A stretch of DNA of 64,000 nt, from NCBI GenBank assembly GCA_027037535.1, contig JALVZQ010000005.1, positions 242,686-306,685 on the forward strand, read 5' to 3'. The notes beneath the pieces are model-generated. The model was not told the DNA's origin. It saw only the letters and a program-made list of their open reading frames with translations, and did no database searches. The position numbers and the translations under genes were made by a program. The stretch's first letter is position 1; the number at the start of each line of letters is the position of its first letter. Source of the DNA: Acidilobaceae archaeon (GTDB taxonomy: Archaea; Thermoproteota; Thermoprotei_A; Sulfolobales; Acidilobaceae). Below are positions 45,663-56,325 of this stretch, piece after piece.

Positions 45663-47671
45663 ATGATGAGCCTAGTTGGATGTCCCCGAGACTGCTACGA
45701 TACCTGTGTTCTAGCCCTAGACAGTACTCTGCATAATGTAGATGGATCCCTGACCTCTGGCCCTACTTGTGCTAGGGCTGTTGCTGACTTGAAGCGTGCC
45801 GGTTCTAGGAATAGAATACGGTATCCTGTTATTGCTGTCGATAAGAAATTAGGTCTTTATCGAAGGATTACTTTGGATAAGGCTATTGATGTTCTTGTTT
45901 CCCGTGTACGGGAGATCGTCGACAAGTATGGAACGGATAAAATACTTGTAGCCGACTATGCTGGTAATAGAGGAGTATTTACTAGATTGTTGCCCCTTCG
46001 TTTCTGGAGGCTTCTAGGTGCTACGTTTACTGATTACAATATTTGTGACTATTCGGGATCTATTGGTATAGGTCTACACTATGGATTAGACTATGGAGCT
46101 TTACCCGGGTCCATATACAAGGCTCGACTAATTGTTTACTGGGGGGTAAACGCGGCGGTATCAAATCTCCACGGATTCAAGATTGCTCTAGAAGCTAAAA
46201 GGATACATGGCACCATGATCGCTACGATCGATGTAAGAAATACTGAAACAATGAAGTCTTCTGATATAAGGATCCTAATACGGCCGGAAGTGATGGTATT
46301 CTTGCTCTAGGACTCGCGAACTATATAATACAGAACGAGCTCTACGATAAAAGATTTGTCGAAGAATACACGTATGGCTTCGATCAGTTTCGCGAGCATG
46401 TAAAGAAATATGACCTAGACTATGTATCCCGCTATACAGGTCTTCCACGACGCTTAATCGAGGAGTTTGCCTATACTTATGCCAGGAACAAGCCTAGCTT
46501 GATTTTCATAGGCTACGGTGTACAGCGGAGATATGGCGGAGGAGAAGCTGTCAGGGCCATAAGCTTGCTTCCTGCACTAGTCGGAGTCCATAGAGGCTTC
46601 TTCTATAGTAATACATTAGGCCTCTTGTTACCCTTCAACCAGTTAACGCCTCCACCTGCTAGAACAATTCCGCAGTCCATGCTAGCAGAATACCTTGAGA
46701 AAGGAGATTTCAAACTAGTATTCGTTTTCCTCACTAATCCAGCAGCCACATATCCCGAGGCCGAGAGGATAAAGAATAGCTTGCTTCGAGATGATCTATT
46801 CGTGGTAGTCCATGAAACGCATTGGAGCGATACCGCTAGACTAGCTGACCTAGTTATCCCGGCCCCGACATATCTGGAAAAAGAAGACCTTGTCTATAGT
46901 TACTGGCATAATTACCTCATATACAATAAGCTTCTTCTTCCAAGACCCTCGGAGAGTATCTCAGAAGTAGATCTCGCCAGACGGCTAGCAGACTCATTAG
47001 GTATAAATGACGACTACCTAGAAGATCCCTGGAGCAAGCTTTCCGAAGATACTAAAGGGCTAGTAGAAAGAGCAAGACAGAATAGAATTGTCGAGATCCC
47101 TTACAGGCGCCTAGACGAGTATCAGACTCCTAGCGGTAAAATCGAATTTTATTCGCAGCGTGCCCTCATGCAGGGTTATAGACCTCTTCCCGAGCCTGTT
47201 GCTCCCAGGGTTCCTGAAGGATACCTTGTCCTAGTCTCTGGATCACATCCATTGTACACTCATAGCCAGTTCGAGGACGTATACGGGAGAATCCCCTCAG
47301 CTGCATTTATCTCAGTTCAGGATGCTGAACATTATGGGTTAGAAAATAATGATCTTATCGAAATCTTTAATGAGAGGGGTAGTGTAATTATGAGGGCAAG
47401 AGTAACTAACAGGATCCCTCAAGGCATAATATTCGTGTACAGGAGTGCCTGGACCCTGGATAATAGCCGGATTAATAAACTAGTGGATCCAGGGAGAGAC
47501 TCTCTTGGAGGAGCAGTATATAATTCAACACTCGTTCAAATTAGAAAAGCGACAAGTAAGACCTGGAGCTACAGAAAGCGTTTTCCAAAATCGTTTAGTA
47601 GTTTGTCGAGTTTTTCTTTGAACTCCTGTGGATCCTCGAACAATAGCTCTGTTAATGATTCTTCCAAGTAG
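45663..47671 (+). pseudogene. molybdopterin (bis-MGD) oxidoreductase, split by one frameshift near 46286-46288
   Basis: N-terminal CPRDCYDTCVL cluster motif. Frame 1 ends ..IRILIRPEVMVFLL then a stop. The frame of ORF 46499 is open from 46265 and reads ..GSDGILALGLANYIIQNELYDKRFV.., continuing the family. Confidence 0.7.
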
Positions 47672-47925
47672 TAGTCCTCGATTCCGAGCATCTCGAAAAT
47701 AGGCCTAATAAAATTCCACCTTACTATTAGGAATAATGTTCCTTCGTCATACACAGTGCTCAGTACCTCAACGAATTTCTCGGGTTTTTCGAGTAGAAGC
47801 TTAACGCAGCTTTTTTTCCCGAGTCTTTTACAGTTAAGATCCAATATCCCGTAGAGTCCAGGAGACTCTTCGCTTATTCGTGCCTTTATTTTCTCTTCAA
47901 GTTTTTGTAGAGAGAATTTATCCAT
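47569..47925 (-). CDS. hypothetical protein coupled to the KaiC-like gene
   Basis: 118 aa. Its start overlaps the KaiC-like stop by 8 nt. Confidence 0.4.
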   Translation of the reverse strand: MDKFSLQKLEEKIKARISEESPGLYGILDLNCKRLGKKSCVKLLLEKPEKFVEVLSTVYDEGTLFLIVRWNFIRPIFEMLGIEDYYLEESLTELLFEDPQEFKEKLDKLLNDFGKRFL

Positions 47926-49312
47926 GGCTCTCTCCCTCGGATATCGTTATTTTCTCGATTTTCTCGATGCTCTCACGTACACATTCTATTATTTCGCCGC
48001 ATGACGCATAGTATCTGGGATTGCCTCTTGCCCATATCATCAGTCTACAGTCTTTGTATTGCGCATACTCTGGTATCTCGAATTTGAGTACTATATCTGA
48101 TATTGCGGCATTCATCCTGTATGTTTCTTCGTGTATCTCGGATCCTAGCCTTATCACTAGCTTGCCTTTAGACTTCAAGTATAATAGCTGGTTCACTAGC
48201 TTATGGAGATATCTGGGCTCAAGAGCTCTTTCAACGAGCTCGATGCCATGGAATATTACTATGTCATAGTTTCTACTTGTCACGAGATCTATTTCTCTCT
48301 GGTACAGCTCAGATAAACTGAATGCAAACGGGTTTATACCGATAAAGTCGATATACTTGCTTATATAGTTATAGTAGGATTCCCCATCGTATCCGAACTG
48401 TTCTAATATATTTATTACTAGATCCTTGAAAGCCATGGAAGAATACCTATATGATATAACCAAGGCCCTTTTCTTATTGGCGACGGCTAGAGCTATTATG
48501 ATCGGTGCTACCTCTCCGGGCCTCATATCAGGCGGATATGAGATATATATTGTATAATCTATGGGGGTATTACCTATAGTCTTCTCTAGTAAATTACAGG
48601 GAGGCGCTATAGTTTCCTCGTGCTTGGGAAGCTCTTCTATTATAGGTGAAACGTGAAGACGGATACCGTATCCCTGAACTATTGAAAACGGTATTTCAGC
48701 CTCTATGATCGGCGATCCCCTGGCCTTTCTAAGCTCGAGAGTTCTAACAAGTAAACCATGCTCGATCTTATGCTTCATTATTAAAACTGCATCTGCAACG
48801 AATTCTATATCTCCGAGATTAATCCTTTCCTGGCCGAAGGGTAGTTCCGCTATCAAAACTACCATGCCATCAATAATGCTTGACAATGTATAGAAGTAGT
48901 TTTGCAGATATGCACGCTTCTCTTCTTCTTTTGCAGCCTTTAGAAACGTATTCATTGAGTCTATTATGATAATTTTAGGCCGAAATCTTGCAATTTGATT
49001 ATTAATATCGTCTAATATCTTCTCAATGGCAACAAAGGTAATTGGAAGCTTTAGGAATTTTAACAATCCCTCTTTCTCAATGTACTCAAGATCTATTCCA
49101 AGATTCTTCATTATTTTGAACAGCTTACGCTTATCTTCTTGGAAGGTTATGTACAAGCATCTGTTGCCAAGCTTAGCGTTTTCATAACAAATTTTTGACG
49201 CCAGGCTTGTTTTCCCAGCACCGGGATGTCCTGCTATAACTATTAGAGAATTTAGATACAACATCTCCTTAAGCATTTTGTCTAGTTCTGGTAGACCAAA
49301 AGTAAGTTTCAT
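47918..49312 (-). CDS. KaiC/RecA-superfamily two-domain ATPase
   Basis: GLPELDKML..VIAGHPGAGKTSLA..CLYITFQE (domain 1). A second, degenerate RecA-like half follows. Confidence 0.75.
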   Translation of the reverse strand: MKLTFGLPELDKMLKEMLYLNSLIVIAGHPGAGKTSLASKICYENAKLGNRCLYITFQEDKRKLFKIMKNLGIDLEYIEKEGLLKFLKLPITFVAIEKILDDINNQIARFRPKIIIIDSMNTFLKAAKEEEKRAYLQNYFYTLSSIIDGMVVLIAELPFGQERINLGDIEFVADAVLIMKHKIEHGLLVRTLELRKARGSPIIEAEIPFSIVQGYGIRLHVSPIIEELPKHEETIAPPCNLLEKTIGNTPIDYTIYISYPPDMRPGEVAPIIIALAVANKKRALVISYRYSSMAFKDLVINILEQFGYDGESYYNYISKYIDFIGINPFAFSLSELYQREIDLVTSRNYDIVIFHGIELVERALEPRYLHKLVNQLLYLKSKGKLVIRLGSEIHEETYRMNAAISDIVLKFEIPEYAQYKDCRLMIWARGNPRYYASCGEIIECVRESIEKIEKITISEGESHG

Positions 49313-49572
49313 TACATTAACCCCATTTACATTCTTTCAAAGATAAATATTTAACTATATGTATTTAAAACATATGATAACTAAGTTTCAAAAAAGATAT
49401 CTAAATAACAGTATAGTTAAACATCCATTAATAATTTAAATAAAACATATGTAATATAATAAAAATATTAAATACAATATATAAAGAATTAATTAAGAGC
49501 AATGAGAAAAACGCAGAAGTCATAGAATCACCACACATATCCAAGCAATAATAAGAACCCTGTCGAGGATTT

Positions 49573-49650
49573 TGGTGGGCCCGCGGGGATTTGAACCCCG
49601 GACCTCCGCCGTGTAAGGGCGGCGTCCTGACCAGGCTAGACGACGGGCCC
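49573..49650 (-). tRNA. tRNA-Val (UAC), CCA encoded
   Basis: Identical to the 41229-41306 gene except one base in the anticodon (CTTACAC loop). Confidence 0.95.
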
Positions 49651-49807
49651 CTGGCCCCAGACGCCAATCAAATAGGATAAACACAATCAAGTTTAAAAGA
49701 ATTAGCCTCCATGCTATCTCTATATTATTTAAATACTGAATATCGACTACTTATCTCGATGCTAATTTATCTCATATTAATTAAGATTGATTGTAGGGTG
49801 AATACAT

Positions 49808-51184
49808 TTGCCCTATGACGTTGTAATAGTAGGTGGTGGGCCTGGCGGATATCCTGCTGCAATATTATTGGGTAGGAAGGGCTACAAAGTAGCTCTTATA
49901 GAGAAAAACTTACTCGGCGGAGAATGCACGAACTATGGATGTGTGCCTACAAAGGCTCTTCTCAATGCTGCAAAAACATCGAACCATCTTAGAGAATATG
50001 ACTGGATAAAGGGAGGTATAGAAGGAAAAGCTGTATTCGACTGGATCAGGGAAATAGTTTCTGAGACGAGGAAAGGAATCAGGCATCTTCTAGAAGCGTC
50101 TGGAGTCGAAATATTCGATGACGAGGCACTGTCTATAAACAATAATTGTATTAGGCTTAGATCTGGAAAGGAGCTTTGTGGACAGAAAGGAGTCCTCCTT
50201 GCAATAGGATCAGATCCAGTACTGCCCAGTGGATTTAGCGTCGACGGAGTGAGGGTACATGATAATAGAACCCTCCTTGAGACTGGAGAGCCTCCAGAAA
50301 GCATTCTTGTCGTTGGAGCCGGATACGTAGGTGTAGAATTCTCCTATGCATTATCTGGGCTTGGATCAGACGTCTATTTAGTTGAGATACTCGGCCGTCC
50401 ACTGCCGCAAATGGATCGGGACATAGGCATGCTAGTGAGGCAAGTTTTATCAAGACAAGGAGTTAAACAATTTTTCAAGACTAGTGTTCAAAGGATAGAT
50501 GTAGATGATAGAGTAAATGTGTCCTTAAAAAGGCAGGGTGAAGTCCAGGGTATATCGGTGTCCTCGGTTCTCTTTGCAACTGGTAGAAGACCACGCCGTA
50601 TTAAGGGCATTTCAAGTAGTGGTGTTAGAATTGACGATAGGGGATTCATAAAGACAGACTGTAGTATGAGAACAAGTAATCCAAGAATCTATGCAGCGGG
50701 AGATGTGGCGGGACCTCCTCTCCTAGCACACAAGGCTATAGTTGAGAGCATTGTGGCGGCCGAAAATATTGCGGGCAACAAGTATTGTCTGAAAGATCTT
50801 GTTATACCTCAAGTCGTGTACATTGAGCCGGAAATAGTCGAAGTCTCAACGGGCCTGGATCCTGGGAAAGAGTATGAATACGTGAAAATACGTACTGATG
50901 CTCTAGCTAGGTCTCGTATCGAGGGATCTCCTGGTTTTGTCAAACTTGTATATGAGAAAGATAGTGGGCGTATTGTAAAGATAATATTAGCATATAGTAA
51001 TGCCTCGGAGTCTGCGGGGGAGGCTGCTAGGATTATCGCACGGAGACTTACAATCATGGATCTCGAGGACGGGACAGTTCATCCTCATCCCACACTCTCC
51101 GAGGCCTTCGCAGAAGCATACTACTATGCTTCTGGGAAACATGTGCATGTGATTGGCGGTATAAAGAAGAAGTATAAAGTATAA
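49808..51184 (+). CDS. lpd: dihydrolipoyl dehydrogenase-like FAD/NAD disulfide oxidoreductase
   Basis: VVIVGGGPGG, redox-active GGECTNYGCVPTK, a second Rossmann VVGAGYVGVE, and C-terminal HPHPTLSE. Confidence 0.8.
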   Translation: MPYDVVIVGGGPGGYPAAILLGRKGYKVALIEKNLLGGECTNYGCVPTKALLNAAKTSNHLREYDWIKGGIEGKAVFDWIREIVSETRKGIRHLLEASGVEIFDDEALSINNNCIRLRSGKELCGQKGVLLAIGSDPVLPSGFSVDGVRVHDNRTLLETGEPPESILVVGAGYVGVEFSYALSGLGSDVYLVEILGRPLPQMDRDIGMLVRQVLSRQGVKQFFKTSVQRIDVDDRVNVSLKRQGEVQGISVSSVLFATGRRPRRIKGISSSGVRIDDRGFIKTDCSMRTSNPRIYAAGDVAGPPLLAHKAIVESIVAAENIAGNKYCLKDLVIPQVVYIEPEIVEVSTGLDPGKEYEYVKIRTDALARSRIEGSPGFVKLVYEKDSGRIVKIILAYSNASESAGEAARIIARRLTIMDLEDGTVHPHPTLSEAFAEAYYYASGKHVHVIGGIKKKYKV

Positions 51185-51221
51185 TGACTAGAACTTCTAT
51201 AAGAACACCGTTGTTCCCTAT

Positions 51222-53453
51222 CTATTTTTGCTCGATTACGACAACGCTATACTCTTTTAACTCGGGTACTTTTATACTGATGCATTTGCCCTTATCAGTT
51301 GTCTCGAGCTTAGCGTCGTTAACTGGATCAAATGCTTTGACAGTGTTGTTTAGCGCTTTCTTCTCTATGCATATTTCGATATTGTATACTGGTATGATTT
51401 CTCTGACTGGATGTACTCTGTATCCTGGCTCGAAGGAGGGCAATGACTGCTTGCTTGGGCCTGTTGGTGCACTTAGGATTTTCTGGTTGAACGTATGGTT
51501 TACTAGGTGTATTATTATTCTGTCTCCTTGCTTGTATACTTCGGCTTGTACTGTTTCCGGAGCCTTTATCTTGATAGGTTGGGAAGGACCGTGCTTCTTT
51601 ATGACTCGTGTAACGAGCTCCGCATAGTCGGGGTGACCTAGCCTTGAATAGTGTGCACCTATCATGTGCGCGTAGTATACAACTGTTCCTCGGCCGTATC
51701 TACGTAGTGTTAGAGCTGCAAGCTGCGTCACTGAGTCTGGAGCAGGAGTGCTTCTGCCCAGCGTGTATTCGTAGCCGTAGGCACTCCTTCCTAGACGCGT
51801 CCATCCCAGTACCTCTACATCCTCGGCTACAGGTGTAACCCTGACTACTTCTCCTAGCTTCGGATCTGTTCTTTCCTTTACAAAGGCTGCACTGTGGTCT
51901 CCGAACGGTATCGCTCTTGGAAGACCTTCCCAATACTCTTTATATATCTTGTCGTCTCCTAGATGGAGATAACTGTAACCGAACCAGAATATTCCTTCGT
52001 ATTGGAGTCCTAGTATTTCCTGCATTGCAAGTGATTCTCTGTAGGTGTAATCTGGCCTCATAACTCCGAATTCATGGGTTATTATGAGTAGGCCGCCGTT
52101 ATAGACATAGTTCTCGAGGATATCTATTGCGTCGTCCTCGAGGATAGCCATATCGGGTATAATTATTACTGGATACCTTTCTACTATACTCTTCTCGGTT
52201 AAGTCCGTAGAAGAGACTATCTCCCATGGCATATGCCGGTGCATTCCTATTAATGAGAATCCTTCTACTTCGCCGATATAGTATTCTGGTTTACGCCAGT
52301 AGTACTTATCATGTGTTTCAGGATCGAAGACTATTCCCAAATACCTCAGAGGCTCTGCCCCATCTATATACTCCTCTATCTTTTCTACGACACTGTATGC
52401 CTCCTCTACGGCATCTATAGCTCTCTGATCATTGAAGAACTGAGAGGAGAACATTGTCACAATAGGATATCCTCCAGACGCCACTATCTCGTAGATTCCG
52501 AGCCTTATTGTTGGAGCAGGAGGACTCTGGACAGGTCTGAGATCGTAGAAAGCATTCCTGCTAACAAATACGGGTTTTCCATCGCCTAGAACGGCCTTCG
52601 ACAACTTTGACGCTATTGTTAGCATTCCAGGACCTCTTACGTCTACTTCGCTCGCCTCAGCGAACACTGCGTCGAGATATCTCCTGCTCTTAGCTACAAC
52701 TATGTTTCCTCTTCCAGCCCATCCGGCAGGGTGACTATTATAGAAGAATAATGTGTCTGGGTTGACTCTCTTCACTGCTTCCCTCATTCTAGCTATTGCT
52801 CTAACTGTTACATTATATCTCCATTCCCAGGCATCTCTGAACGCTATATCTTCTATATTTGCTTCTTCGGGCAGATCCATCCCGTATTCTCTTCTAAACT
52901 TTAACCTACAATGCTCACAAAAACATGCACGTGGCGGATCTGGAAGATACCTGAAACTATCAAGAAGAAGTCCATGTGCTCCTGTAAGCTTTACCGCTTC
53001 CTCTACTTCTGGTACGAAGTAGAGGTCTAGTGCTGGGCTATTTGGACATATTAGGGGCCAGTGGGGATCCACGACTTTTTCTGCTCTTGGATAGTGTTCG
53101 AGTACTATGACTTCTCCCTTCTTGTTTCTCTGAGCCCAGTCCGGATGCATCCTATAAAGGTATCTGTTAGCTGTATGAGCTGCCATTACTACTACGTGTA
53201 TTCCTTCTTTCTCGCCTTTCTCGACTAGTTCTTTTACATCTAGACGCGTGTTTGGATGTTTAGGGTATAGGGAGCTTCCATTATAGAAGACTCTTCCCCA
53301 AGCGTCTCTTGCGAACACTATTAGTGTATTTGCACGGATTTTTCTTGCCAATGCTATAACGTTTTCGGCGGAGATCTTGTTGGCGTAGAATCCGTAGGGG
53401 TCTTCTATATTGAATTGTAGCACACGTAGGGGTTTATTCCACCATGGGGTCAA
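51222..53453 (-). CDS. large putative glycoside hydrolase-like protein (GHL6 / GH42-like), tentative
   Basis: 743 aa. The N-terminal TIM-barrel-like region (LRVLQFNIEDP..ANTLIVFARD) resembles uncharacterised glycosyl-hydrolase-like families. Confidence 0.35.
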   Translation of the reverse strand: MTPWWNKPLRVLQFNIEDPYGFYANKISAENVIALARKIRANTLIVFARDAWGRVFYNGSSLYPKHPNTRLDVKELVEKGEKEGIHVVVMAAHTANRYLYRMHPDWAQRNKKGEVIVLEHYPRAEKVVDPHWPLICPNSPALDLYFVPEVEEAVKLTGAHGLLLDSFRYLPDPPRACFCEHCRLKFRREYGMDLPEEANIEDIAFRDAWEWRYNVTVRAIARMREAVKRVNPDTLFFYNSHPAGWAGRGNIVVAKSRRYLDAVFAEASEVDVRGPGMLTIASKLSKAVLGDGKPVFVSRNAFYDLRPVQSPPAPTIRLGIYEIVASGGYPIVTMFSSQFFNDQRAIDAVEEAYSVVEKIEEYIDGAEPLRYLGIVFDPETHDKYYWRKPEYYIGEVEGFSLIGMHRHMPWEIVSSTDLTEKSIVERYPVIIIPDMAILEDDAIDILENYVYNGGLLIITHEFGVMRPDYTYRESLAMQEILGLQYEGIFWFGYSYLHLGDDKIYKEYWEGLPRAIPFGDHSAAFVKERTDPKLGEVVRVTPVAEDVEVLGWTRLGRSAYGYEYTLGRSTPAPDSVTQLAALTLRRYGRGTVVYYAHMIGAHYSRLGHPDYAELVTRVIKKHGPSQPIKIKAPETVQAEVYKQGDRIIIHLVNHTFNQKILSAPTGPSKQSLPSFEPGYRVHPVREIIPVYNIEICIEKKALNNTVKAFDPVNDAKLETTDKGKCISIKVPELKEYSVVVIEQK

Positions 53454-53522
53454 GTCTCTTCACACCGTGAGGCAATGCACTCGCTTCTAATATTTATCTC
53501 TGCAAATAAAGTATTTATCGTG

Positions 53523-54524
53523 TTAACCATAGTATCTGCGGGGAGGCTTGATACGGGAAGCTTCTCTCTTGAAGAATTCAAGGAGCTCTAGTCTCTTCTC
53601 CCTCCTCTTCCTTGCCTCCTCAATAATTAGCCTCTGCTGGTAGTCAACTATCTCGAGTTTAGGAACTGGAGAAGGCCTGCCCTCAGGAGATAGGTGTACT
53701 AGTGTAAAGTAACTCGTCACTGTGTGCCTATACTCGTTCGTAAATGGATTAAACGTTCTAACTTCTAGCCCTATCTCTACTGTTGTGCGACCCACATATG
53801 TCAGGGCTGCCTTGATATCTAAGACCTCGCCCACAAGTATAGGAGCAATGAAGTCTGTTGCATCGATAGCTGCCGTAACAGCAATACCCTTAACATATTT
53901 CATTGCTAGTATTCCGGCTGTCTCGTCCAATACGTGGAGTAAGCGTCCAGCATGCATAGCATTGTACGCGATAGCGTCTTCAGGGTTAACTAGTATATGA
54001 TTGTCTAGAACGTATCCCTCGTCAAGCGGTATAACTCTCTTTAACTCTTTCGCTTTGACCCTCTCCTTTCTACGTTTTAGGGCTCTACTATATAGTTCAT
54101 CTTCTATCTCTCCTTTAGGATTTATACATGCATCTACAGGCCTGGGTCTGATATTTTCGTCGACTGCTACATACGTTGTGTGAGCTGCGGTAGTAATTCT
54201 TCTTTTTCCTGTAACAGGATCTTCCTCTTCCACAAGGATAGTGCTTTCTAGGCTAGATCGCCCGACATAGTCTATCCATGCAGTTATAACAGCGTTTTTC
54301 CCGAGCCTAACAGGATTAATAAAGAACACATTATCCATGTGTACTAGGAGTGCTGGTCCTCTCGCGACCCGCATCGCACTCATGCTTCCTGCAGTCACCA
54401 TCCATTTCAGGACTGTTCCTCCGTGAAGTATTCCCAGCGGATTAATGTGCGTATTTGTTACGAGGCGTACCGTTTCAATTATAGTGTCTGATATAGACAG
54501 TTCTCTTTTACAATGTTTTTCCAT
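53523..54524 (-). CDS. acyl-CoA thioesterase with tandem hotdog domains
   Basis: NPLGILHGGTVLKWM and NAMHAGRLLHVLDETAGI hotdog motifs occur twice. Confidence 0.75.
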   Translation of the reverse strand: MEKHCKRELSISDTIIETVRLVTNTHINPLGILHGGTVLKWMVTAGSMSAMRVARGPALLVHMDNVFFINPVRLGKNAVITAWIDYVGRSSLESTILVEEEDPVTGKRRITTAAHTTYVAVDENIRPRPVDACINPKGEIEDELYSRALKRRKERVKAKELKRVIPLDEGYVLDNHILVNPEDAIAYNAMHAGRLLHVLDETAGILAMKYVKGIAVTAAIDATDFIAPILVGEVLDIKAALTYVGRTTVEIGLEVRTFNPFTNEYRHTVTSYFTLVHLSPEGRPSPVPKLEIVDYQQRLIIEEARKRREKRLELLEFFKREASRIKPPRRYYG

Positions 54525-54686
54525 AGAATCTCTACCCCTGCAGGAAAATTGTTGTTGTGAGGATAATAATTCTAGTAAAGACTATCGATTATGCGTAGGC
54601 GCCTAAGAGGTATAGAAACGGGTGAAAGAGGAGGCTCGTAGAATAGAATAATTCTTGGCTATTATTAGGAAAGGATTTTGAGTGAG

Positions 54687-55148
54687 CTATTCCTCTTCTT
54701 TGCCAGTTACTACTACTACGCCGCCGACGTCTTCTATCTTTTTTATGGCTGATTCGCTCGCATACGGTACTATTACTTTTACTGGTTTTGTTATCTTTCC
54801 TCTGCCTAGGAGTTTGTGGATTCCCATAGATTCTAGGTTGACTATTATTCTGCCTTCTTCCTGTGCCACATTTGATGCTAGTTCTTGTTTGACGATTAGC
54901 TCCTCGAGCTGGTAGAGGTTCAATACTGCTGGCTTGTATCCTGCCCTTATTCTTGGCGGGTTAAACCCATGTTTTCCGAACCAGGTGGGGGCATACTTTA
55001 TAGTCCATGTCCATTCGTGTTTCCCTAGTCCTGCTGCTCCCTTTCCTCCCTTCGACCCGCTCTTCCTGTGCTGGCCTATTTGTCCCCAGCTCATGGTTCT
55101 AGTTCTTCCCCTTAGCTTTCTTGTTTTCTTCTTTCTTCTTACCACCAT
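54687..55148 (-). CDS. rpl15: 50S ribosomal protein uL15
   Basis: KKTRKLRGRTRTMSWG..GGKGAAG pattern. Last gene of the operon. Confidence 0.9.
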   Translation of the reverse strand: MVVRRKKKTRKLRGRTRTMSWGQIGQHRKSGSKGGKGAAGLGKHEWTWTIKYAPTWFGKHGFNPPRIRAGYKPAVLNLYQLEELIVKQELASNVAQEEGRIIVNLESMGIHKLLGRGKITKPVKVIVPYASESAIKKIEDVGGVVVVTGKEEE

Positions 55149-55165
55149 CCTGACACACCCCTGGC

Positions 55166-55648
55166 TTAGAGCATTTTTATTATTAGCTCGTTTATCGTGG
55201 ATCCCCTGTATCCTAGTTCTCCGCTGTTTGTGTAGTGTCTCTTTATTGTATTCTTAAATCCTCCTCTTGGCGGGTGAAGCCTGAAAAATGGTTTGATCCC
55301 GTACTTGTCTAGCTTGTGGAAGTATAGTTCTCCTGATAACAACTTGTCCGCGAGCTCCGGTATTCCTCCGTAAAGATCTAGTTTCTCCGCGACGTATTGA
55401 TCGGTCAATGGCCTGTCTCCTAGTACTCTTCCTCTAGTGTAGAGGAGTTTGATTAGGGTTTCTCTATCTATTTCTCCCCAGGTTGCCCAGTCTTGGACTT
55501 TTCTCAGCATGCTAACTATTCCTGGTAGGCTGTCGTGATAGAGTGATGCGGCGTATTTTCTTCTAAGCCTTAGTAGATAGAGGGTTTTTTCTACATCGGG
55601 GTGGACGTCTGCTGTCCCTCTTAGTCTGATCACTGCATATAACGCCAT
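55166..55648 (-). CDS. rpl30: 50S ribosomal protein uL30
   Basis: YAVIRLRGTADV..TLYLLRLRR. Confidence 0.9.
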   Translation of the reverse strand: MALYAVIRLRGTADVHPDVEKTLYLLRLRRKYAASLYHDSLPGIVSMLRKVQDWATWGEIDRETLIKLLYTRGRVLGDRPLTDQYVAEKLDLYGGIPELADKLLSGELYFHKLDKYGIKPFFRLHPPRGGFKNTIKRHYTNSGELGYRGSTINELIIKML

Positions 55649-55675
55649 TGTTCTTCACCTCCTTTTACTTCTATT

Positions 55676-56317
55676 CTATGTTCTTAGCCAGTCCAGTGGG
55701 GTCACGAACTTGTAGGTGTTTCTGAGAGCGAGATATGTTGCTCTCGCAAAGTTGTAGCTTGTCCTCGTTTCTCCTTTGGTCATGGTCCAAACATCTTTTA
55801 TTCCTGCCAGCGTCAATACTTTCTTTGCGACGTCTCCTGCTACTAGACCAGTCCCTTTTGGAGCTGGTTTGAGTATGACTTCAACGCTTCCACTTTTACC
55901 TCTTACTGTGAAGGGTACGCTGTGGGGTTCTCCACATGTACACTCCCAGCTTCCACATCCTCTTCTTATGGGCACGATGTTTAACTTCGCGTTTCTCGTG
56001 GCTTTCTCGATTGCGAATCTGAATTGTCTCGCTTTTCCCTTCCCTAGACCCACGTAACCATCCCTGTTTCCTACAACTACTACTGCCCTGAATTTTGTAA
56101 CTCTTCCCGCGTCAGTCATTTTCTGTACGATCTTCACATCTATTACTTCGTGCTCTAGGCCAGGAAGCAGTATATCAACTATTTCTGGCTCTAGTATTGG
56201 AAGGTTCTGTCTGAATATCTCGTCTATTGTGGCTATCTTTCCCTCCTTTACTAGCCTACCGACACGTGTCCTTGGAACCCACTCCTCCAGCGTTGTGCCT
56301 GCATACGCCATCTTCAT
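55676..56317 (-). CDS. rps5: 30S ribosomal protein uS5
   Basis: [17 protein letters not shown] and the S5 dsRBD plus C-domain layout. Confidence 0.9.
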   Translation of the reverse strand: MKMAYAGTTLEEWVPRTRVGRLVKEGKIATIDEIFRQNLPILEPEIVDILLPGLEHEVIDVKIVQKMTDAGRVTKFRAVVVVGNRDGYVGLGKGKARQFRFAIEKATRNAKLNIVPIRRGCGSWECTCGEPHSVPFTVRGKSGSVEVILKPAPKGTGLVAGDVAKKVLTLAGIKDVWTMTKGETRTSYNFARATYLALRNTYKFVTPLDWLRT

Positions 56318-56325
56318 CTACCTCC

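Noticed and set aside
49428-49667. 79-aa ORF on the minus strand
   Set aside because: It overlaps the complete tRNA-Val(UAC) gene and extends into very AT-rich DNA, so it is spurious.
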